NCBI GenBank assembly: GCA_045639985.1
Contig: JAZUEE010000273.1
Location: forward strand, 1-43,186
Source: Bacteroidales bacterium
GTDB taxonomy: Bacteria; Bacteroidota; Bacteroidia; Bacteroidales; WCHB1-69
Direction of reading: 5' to 3'
DNA: 43,186 nt
Part shown: one piece after another, positions 37,730 to 43,186 of the stretch
Numbering within the stretch: position 1 is the stretch's first letter
How the letters are laid out: each line of letters opens with the position of its first letter
Program-made: the position numbers and the translations under genes
The notes under the pieces: generated by a model
What the model was told of the DNA's origin: nothing
The model's database searches: none
The model's input: only the letters and a program-made list of their open reading frames with translations

Positions 37730-39439
37730 TTATTTGGAAGGATTATCAATGACAAATTCTGTTTTCTTCATCAAAGATTTTTCAATGCGGTCAGCTTTCA
37801 CGACGTAATCGTGTGCCTTATTTATCATCATAGCAGCATATTCCTTATCCGTCAAAGAGGAGGCATTGATTTTCACGTTCAGATAAGCTCCGTGAATGGC
37901 AGCGCGAGCGCACAAAACACCAACTCCGGCATCGGAAACAGATGCAGGATTGCCTTTCTTAATCATCGCTTCACAGATTTCAAATACTTGGAAAGATGTT
38001 TCAATAGTTCTCATAGGAACTTCAGTGGCGTATTTAGTGGCATCTTGAATAGCTTGTTTGCGAGCGGCCTTCTCTTCCGGTGTCTTCTTAGGCATACCGA
38101 AAGCATTCATAATCACATTGAATGCATTGGTATCTTCATCCACGAGAGCCAGCAATTGATCTTTGACAGCTTGGCCTTTCTCGGCCCATTTGGAGAAAAA
38201 TTCCCATTTGGAATCCCAACCCGGTTTGTGAGAAGAAAGATTTGCCACCATAGTACCTAATGCAGCGCCAAGAGAACCCATATAAGCGGAAATAGAACCA
38301 CCGCCAGGAGCTGGGCTTTCGGAAGCTGTTTCATTGGCAAAACCTGTGCAAGTCATTTCTACTAATTTTGGGGTTTTGTCTTCTTTTTCCAAAAGATATT
38401 CTATGACTTTTTCTTCTGCATTAAAAGGTTTTAAATCGTCAAGGCCCATTGATTTGACGGCAATTTTAACCATTTCCTTTTCGTCAATACCAAGAGAACG
38501 ATGTTGTTTGGCAAGATAATACTTAGCCGCATCAATCAAAACTTTTTTGGGGACAAGTCCGACGATTTCAGCACCCGTCACACGGACTCCGCGTTTAGCA
38601 GCTTTTTCACAAACCTCATCAAAAGCTACATGCAAAGGTGTGACATTGGTATTGGTAATATTCATTGACACTTGGGCGATACCGTATTCTGCAATGTACC
38701 AACCAATTGCTTTTGTACCTTTCAAAGTTCCAGGCATCATAATCGGGTTACCATTTTCATCTTTTACAATTTGTCCCGTAATAGGGTTGCCTTCGCGTCT
38801 CGGACGACCTTTCTCACGCACATCAAAAGCAATGGCATTGGCTCGGCGCGTAGAAGTGGTATTCAAGTTATAGTTGACTGCGATTAAAAAGTCGCGGGCG
38901 CCAATGGCGGTTGCACCACTTTTAGCCACGCTTTCCGTAAATTTATTGGGGCCGAAGTCCGGTTTCCATTCTTTCGTGGAGATACGTTCTTTGAGCGCTT
39001 CATATTCTCCAGCACGGCAGTTAGCCAAGTTACGTCTTTTTTCTTCAAAAGCGGCATTTTCGTAACAATAAACGGGAATTTTAAGTTCTTCACCAACTCT
39101 TTTGGCAAGTTTGTGCGCATATTCCGCTGTTTCTTCCATTGTAATATTGGCGACAGGTACGAACGGACAAACATCTGTAGCACCAAAACGCGGATGGTCG
39201 CCATGATGGTTGCGCATGTCTATAAGTTCCTGACATTTTGCAATCAAAGAAAAAGCAGCTTCCACCACTGCATCGGGTGTACCGACAAAAGTCACAACCG
39301 TACGATTCGTGGAAGCACCTGGGTCAACATCTAACAACGTAACACCTTCGGCATGTCTGATCACTTCGGCAACCTGTTCAATAATTTCAGGATTTCTACC
39401 TTCGCTAAAATTGGGAACGCATTCAATTAATTGTTTCAT
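37730..39439 (-). CDS. ftcD: Bifunctional glutamate formimidoyltransferase / formimidoyltetrahydrofolate cyclodeaminase (FTCD-type fusion)
   Basis: N-terminal MKQLIECVPNFSEGRN...DHPRFGATDVCPFVP (formiminotransferase). The C-terminal ~200 aa helical domain ESPAPGGGSISAYMGSLGAALGTMVANL is the cyclodeaminase. Confidence 0.9.
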   Translation of the reverse strand: MKQLIECVPNFSEGRNPEIIEQVAEVIRHAEGVTLLDVDPGASTNRTVVTFVGTPDAVVEAAFSLIAKCQELIDMRNHHGDHPRFGATDVCPFVPVANITMEETAEYAHKLAKRVGEELKIPVYCYENAAFEEKRRNLANCRAGEYEALKERISTKEWKPDFGPNKFTESVAKSGATAIGARDFLIAVNYNLNTTSTRRANAIAFDVREKGRPRREGNPITGQIVKDENGNPIMMPGTLKGTKAIGWYIAEYGIAQVSMNITNTNVTPLHVAFDEVCEKAAKRGVRVTGAEIVGLVPKKVLIDAAKYYLAKQHRSLGIDEKEMVKIAVKSMGLDDLKPFNAEEKVIEYLLEKEDKTPKLVEMTCTGFANETASESPAPGGGSISAYMGSLGAALGTMVANLSSHKPGWDSKWEFFSKWAEKGQAVKDQLLALVDEDTNAFNVIMNAFGMPKKTPEEKAARKQAIQDATKYATEVPMRTIETSFQVFEICEAMIKKGNPASVSDAGVGVLCARAAIHGAYLNVKINASSLTDKEYAAMMINKAHDYVVKADRIEKSLMKKTEFVIDNPSK

Positions 39440-39492
39440 ACTTTATTTATTGTTTTGATTATTAATACGATATCTTTTATCACAAAAGTTTG

Positions 39493-39500
39493 CAAATGTA
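39493..39500 (-). promoter_or_regulatory. Bacteroidetes-type -7 box (TACATTTG) for ftcD and the downstream GT gene
   Basis: The reverse complement TACATTTG lies 53 nt upstream of the ATG at 39439. Confidence 0.4.
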
Positions 39501-39567
39501 ACATTTACTTTGATACTAAGCGCTACAAGAATCGTATTATTTCTCATTTTCACACACAAACACAAAC

Positions 39568-39596
39568 AAAAAAGGCGCCGAACGAACAGCGCCTTC
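39568..39596 (-). terminator. Intrinsic terminator after tonB copy 1
   Basis: Minus strand: stem AAGGCGC / GCGCCTT followed by TTTTTT. Confidence 0.75.
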
Positions 39597-39616
39597 CATA
39601 TTGAGATAGTTTAAAA

Positions 39617-40306
39617 TTACATTCTGAAAGTAACGGGAACCTGATAGAAACAACGTACCGGCTTACCCATATTCTTACCCGGTTTCCATTTCGGCATTGC
39701 CATAACGCCGCGGACAGCTTCCTTATCACAATCAGGGAACAAAGGAACTTTCACTTTGGCATTACTAACACGACCATCCTTTTCAACGACAAACTCAACC
39801 AAAACCGTACCCATAATACCGTTGTTACGGGCTACTTCAGGATACTGGATTTCTTTTGAGAGGAAAGAATTCAAAGCTTCAGGACCACCTGGAAATTCCG
39901 GCATTTCTTCCGTAAAATACACAGGAGGAGCGCTTTCTGTTTCATCTTCTACGATTTCAATTACTTCATCAGCAACATCTTCAATAACATCATCTTCAAA
40001 GAAATCTTGACCGAAGTCAATATCCGTTGTAACTTTGATGTTATCTTCCACGATGTTCAAAACGACTTCCTGTTGTTGCTGCGGCTGTTCTGGTGGAGGG
40101 GGAGGTGTTTGGTCTGTGGCAATGACATCCTCGTCCTTGACTTCAATAAAGTCATCTTCGGTAACGCTGAAAGCAGCTACTTTGTCTTCGCTGGCAAACA
40201 GTTCAAAACCTGCGTAAACCAGCCCTAAAACAACTACGAGTCCAACAAGAATAAAGATTCCTCTTTTATTCTCAAGGTCTCCTTTGTCGGTTTTCTTTGC
40301 TAACAT
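39617..40306 (-). CDS. tonB: Energy transducer TonB (copy 1)
   Basis: N-terminal TM anchor GIFILVGLVVVLGLVYAGFELF, Pro/Gln-rich spacer PPPPPEQPQQQQ, and C-terminal TonB domain MPEFPGGPEALNSFLSKEIQYPEVARNNGIMGTVLVEFVVEKDGRVSN. Confidence 0.88.
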   Translation of the reverse strand: MLAKKTDKGDLENKRGIFILVGLVVVLGLVYAGFELFASEDKVAAFSVTEDDFIEVKDEDVIATDQTPPPPPEQPQQQQEVVLNIVEDNIKVTTDIDFGQDFFEDDVIEDVADEVIEIVEDETESAPPVYFTEEMPEFPGGPEALNSFLSKEIQYPEVARNNGIMGTVLVEFVVEKDGRVSNAKVKVPLFPDCDKEAVRGVMAMPKWKPGKNMGKPVRCFYQVPVTFRM

Positions 40307-40351
40307 AATTATGTTATTTTATGAGTGTGAAACTTTTATTTTTCGGAACCG

Positions 40352-40359
40352 CAAAAGTA
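40352..40359 (-). promoter_or_regulatory. Bacteroidetes-type -7 box (TACTTTTG) for tonB copy 1
   Basis: The reverse complement TACTTTTG lies 45 nt upstream of the ATG at 40306. Confidence 0.45.
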
Positions 40360-40392
40360 ACATTTTTTCTTTTTACAACAGTATTTTTCAAG

Positions 40393-40427
40393 AAAAAAGT
40401 TTTGAGCGCCGCAAGTGCGCTCAAAAC
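40393..40427 (-). terminator. Intrinsic terminator after tonB copy 2
   Basis: Minus strand: 11-bp stem GTTTTGAGCGC / GCGCTCAAAAC followed by TTTTTT. Confidence 0.75.
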
Positions 40428-40488
40428 AGCAATTTACGTTTGTCAAATGGGCATTAAAAAGTTCTTACCGTCAACTTTACGATTCCTG

Positions 40489-41184
40489 TCAGTTCATTTT
40501 AAAGGTCACAGGTACCTGATAATAGCAACGAACGGCTTTGCCCATGTTCTTGCCTGGCGACCACTTCGGCATGGTCATGATACCGCGAACGGCTTCCTTA
40601 TCGCATTCAGGGAATAGAGGAACTTTTACTTTGGCGTTGCTTACACTCCCATCCTTTTCAACGATAAATTCAACCAGTACTGTACCTGTAATACCATTAT
40701 TTCGTGCAATTTCTGGATACTGTATCGACTTTGAAAGAAAAGCATTCAACGCTTCGGGGCCGCCAGGAAATTCCGGCATCGTTTCCGTAAAATGTTCAGG
40801 GGGTTCAGGATCCGATTTCTCGTCAATAATTTCAATAGGTGTTTCATCTATGAGATCCGGGATGGCATCCATTTCCGTAAAATCTTGAATAAAGAGAAGT
40901 TCATCTGTAGTTTGAATATTATCATCTACAACATGTATGATAAACTCTTTGGGTTGCTGCGGTGCTACAGGTGGTGGCGGTGGCGTTTTATCCGTAGCCA
41001 ACACGTCTTCATCGGACACTTCTGTAAAGAAATCATCCATTTGATTGAAAGAAATCGCGTGGTTTGTGCTGGCAAACAGCTCAAATCCGGCATAAACTAA
41101 AGCCAAAACGGCGACTAATCCTACGAGAACGAAAAGCATTCTTTTGTTCTCTAAATTTCCTTTGTCTGATTTTTTTGATAACAT
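40489..41184 (-). CDS. tonB: Energy transducer TonB (copy 2, tandem paralog)
   Basis: Same architecture as copy 1. MLSKKSDKGNLENKRMLFVLVGLVAVLALVYAGFELF parallels MLAKKTDKGDLENKRGIFILVGLVVVLGLVYAGFELF, so I chose the start at 41184 rather than the ORF start at 41286. Confidence 0.85.
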   Translation of the reverse strand: MLSKKSDKGNLENKRMLFVLVGLVAVLALVYAGFELFASTNHAISFNQMDDFFTEVSDEDVLATDKTPPPPPVAPQQPKEFIIHVVDDNIQTTDELLFIQDFTEMDAIPDLIDETPIEIIDEKSDPEPPEHFTETMPEFPGGPEALNAFLSKSIQYPEIARNNGITGTVLVEFIVEKDGSVSNAKVKVPLFPECDKEAVRGIMTMPKWSPGKNMGKAVRCYYQVPVTFKMN

Positions 41185-41267
41185 AATAACGGGGGCTAAG
41201 TTCATAACTTCATTTCCAACGAAAATTGGGATCGTAATATTGCCGTTATTAATGCTTTTAAGTTTTT

Positions 41268-42332
41268 TTATGATTTCCAGATACAACCACCAGAATTATC
41301 CATAGTTGCTCCTGTTACTGACGCAAGACAATTATCCATCCCTTGTAATCTCAAATATCCAAGAAAAGCGAAAATGATGGCTTCTTTATAATTAATAATA
41401 GTATTGTCCGGAATGACGATTTGCTTGGGCCATTTACTTTGAACTCTTTCTATTAGGAATTGATTTAAAGCCCCACCACCCGTGACAATAAGATTTTGCT
41501 TGTCCGCCGGAATAGCTCTGGCAATTTGTTCGGCGATGTGCTCAACCATTGTTCGCATACAATTCTCCAAAGAACCTTGTTTTATATAACATTGAATAAT
41601 CGGAAGGATGTGTATGTCAAACCATTCCTTTCCCAATGATTTGGGACAAGGTTTGGAATAGTATTCCAAGCGGTTCAATTCTTCGAGCATTGGATAAAGG
41701 ACGTTGCCAGAGCGGGCGATGTCCCCGTTTTTATCGTATGCAAGGCCCTGTCTATTAGCCAAATTATTAAGTGCCATATTGCACGGGGAAATATCAAATG
41801 CAATACGTTTGTTATTTTGACGGAACGACACATTGGAAAATCCGCCTAAATTGAGGCATGCGTCATATTGTCCGAAAAGCAACTCATCCCCTATTGGCAC
41901 CAACGGAGCGCCCTGCCCATGCAAAGCGACATCCAATGTCCGGAAATCGCAAATCGTGGTGATTCCCGTGCGGGCGGCAATAACCGCGCCACTGCCAATC
42001 TGAGTCGTCAAACCATCCTGAGGTTGGTGAAATACTGTGTGACCATGTGAAGCAATAAAGTCGGGGTTTTCGTCTGTTCCAATAAAATCAAGGATACAAG
42101 CTGCAATAACTTCACCCAATTCCACATTTAATTTGCAGTAATCAAAGGCGGACAATTCAGTAGCACCAGCCAGTTTTTTTCGAAAATCCGGAGCATACGG
42201 GTACGTATCCGCTTTGATAACGCGATAATTCCACCTATGCACGGGCAATTGTTCAAATTGGCACCACGCTAAATCAATGCCGTCAAGCGACGTGCCCGAC
42301 ATCACCCCTATGCCTGTCTGAAATTCGTTCAT
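41268..42332 (-). CDS. anmK: Anhydro-N-acetylmuramic acid kinase
   Basis: IGVMSGTSLDGIDLA N-terminus, HGHTVFHQP, NLGGFSN and TGGGALN motifs of AnmK. Confidence 0.93.
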   Translation of the reverse strand: MNEFQTGIGVMSGTSLDGIDLAWCQFEQLPVHRWNYRVIKADTYPYAPDFRKKLAGATELSAFDYCKLNVELGEVIAACILDFIGTDENPDFIASHGHTVFHQPQDGLTTQIGSGAVIAARTGITTICDFRTLDVALHGQGAPLVPIGDELLFGQYDACLNLGGFSNVSFRQNNKRIAFDISPCNMALNNLANRQGLAYDKNGDIARSGNVLYPMLEELNRLEYYSKPCPKSLGKEWFDIHILPIIQCYIKQGSLENCMRTMVEHIAEQIARAIPADKQNLIVTGGGALNQFLIERVQSKWPKQIVIPDNTIINYKEAIIFAFLGYLRLQGMDNCLASVTGATMDNSGGCIWKS

Positions 42333-43186
42333 TGCAGTAGTGCCGACAGTCTATCCAAATGAATACTGTTGGAACCTTTCACCAAAATCATCGAATCCGT
42401 AATCGGATGTTTTGTCAGTTCCTCATTGAGTTCTTCCACTGACGCAAAACAATGATCGGGATGATGGGCAGCGAATTCACCTCCAACGTAGATGACATCC
42501 AATCCGAACTCATCACACAAATCTATAATGTGCCGATGTTCGTCACGACTGATGGTGCCTAATTCTCGCATGTCTCCCAAAATGGCACGTTTGCGAGGAT
42601 GTGAAAGTTTTGCCAAATTGCGAATGGCGGCTTCCATACTTGTCGGATTGGCATTGTAGTAGTCGGAAATAATCGTATTACTGCCAACCGTGTTAATTTG
42701 GGAACGATGGTTAGTCGGCATATAGGAAGCCAAACTGCCAGCGATAAGGTCGTCATCAACGCCAAAATAGTGTCCAATTGCAGCAGCAGCCAGAAAATTG
42801 TAGATATTGTAACTTCCTGTAAGATGTGTATCCACAATGTGATTCGCGACCTTTACACGTAAGTATGGCGACATACTTTCTATATTGTCTTCGCCTCCAT
42901 CTGCATAAAACACCATTTTGTCATAATCCAAACCATTGCGCAGAATTTCATCATTCACATTGACAAAAAGTGTGCCTTTGTTTTGGATAACCGAACGGTA
43001 TAGCGCCTTTTTAGTATGGATAATCTCTTCCACAGAACCAAACCCCTCAATATGGGCTTTGCCGATATTTGTGATAACACCAAAGGTGGGTTGTGCGATA
43101 TGGCAAAGGAAATCGATTTCTCCGGGATGGTTAGCTCCCATTTCCACTATGGCCATTTCGTCTGTGGGCCTAATGGATAACAAAGT
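42329..43186 (-). CDS. murF: UDP-N-acetylmuramoyl-tripeptide--D-alanyl-D-alanine ligase, C-terminal part; the 5' end lies outside the window
   Basis: The frame is open to the window edge. VEMGANHPGEI, ITNIGKAHIEGFGS, DYYNANPTSMEAAI, ILGDMRELG and ILVKGSNS are Mur ligase central and C-terminal motifs typical of MurF. The stop overlaps the anmK start. Confidence 0.9.
   Translation of the reverse strand, partial: TLLSIRPTDEMAIVEMGANHPGEIDFLCHIAQPTFGVITNIGKAHIEGFGSVEEIIHTKKALYRSVIQNKGTLFVNVNDEILRNGLDYDKMVFYADGGEDNIESMSPYLRVKVANHIVDTHLTGSYNIYNFLAAAAIGHYFGVDDDLIAGSLASYMPTNHRSQINTVGSNTIISDYYNANPTSMEAAIRNLAKLSHPRKRAILGDMRELGTISRDEHRHIIDLCDEFGLDVIYVGGEFAAHHPDHCFASVEELNEELTKHPITDSMILVKGSNSIHLDRLSALLQ

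Noticed and set aside
39541-39567. CA-rich low-complexity tracts (cacacacaaacacaaacaaaaaa here, and aaaaacacaaacacaaaattt at 24121-24141)
   Set aside because: They are short, not in phase with the octamer family, and sit in ordinary terminator or leader contexts. This is probably simple low complexity.

Overview
The window looks like a Bacteroidales (Prevotella-like) chromosomal segment. Supporting signs are a T9SS C-terminal sorting domain, many TAnnTTTG -7 promoter boxes, no Shine-Dalgarno sequences, and short or overlapping intergenic gaps. About 90% is ordinary housekeeping: DPP-IV fragment, thpR, a recA-TPR-ruvB-OMP-FAH-nucleoside permease run, purC, acyltransferase-GT9-lpxH-era-hutI, gcvP, flavin reductase-rubredoxin, ptb-cdaA-reverse rubrerythrin, lplA, tRNA-Gly, atpDC, M20 amidohydrolase, glycosyltransferases, folA, smpB, MerR, rdgB, yceD-rpmF, ftcD, two tandem tonB genes, anmK and a murF fragment. 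I saw no CRISPR array, transposase, integrase or recognisable defence genes. The only accessory-looking part is 910-6504. It holds a minus-strand operon (Cys-rich lipoprotein, tail-fibre-like secreted protein, second lipoprotein, T9SS-targeted C10 cysteine protease) facing a membrane LytTR + winged-helix regulator. The most interesting signal is non-coding: a ~90-nt element in three copies (1044-1141, 4531-4626, 19574-19665), all on the minus strand. Base changes between copies preserve two nested helices, and two copies sit 4-18 nt upstream of start codons of signal-peptide envelope proteins. I propose it as a candidate structured cis-regulatory RNA or 5' leader, but I cannot check it against Rfam. 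Other non-coding oddities are phased NNCRCATT octamer arrays before two genes, two TTAACA-N6-TGTTAA palindromes upstream of recA, and a ~670-bp gene-free region with an orphan promoter box and a 28-bp perfect palindrome. All protein calls come from recognising motifs in the supplied translations, with no database search, and the exact start codons are inferred.
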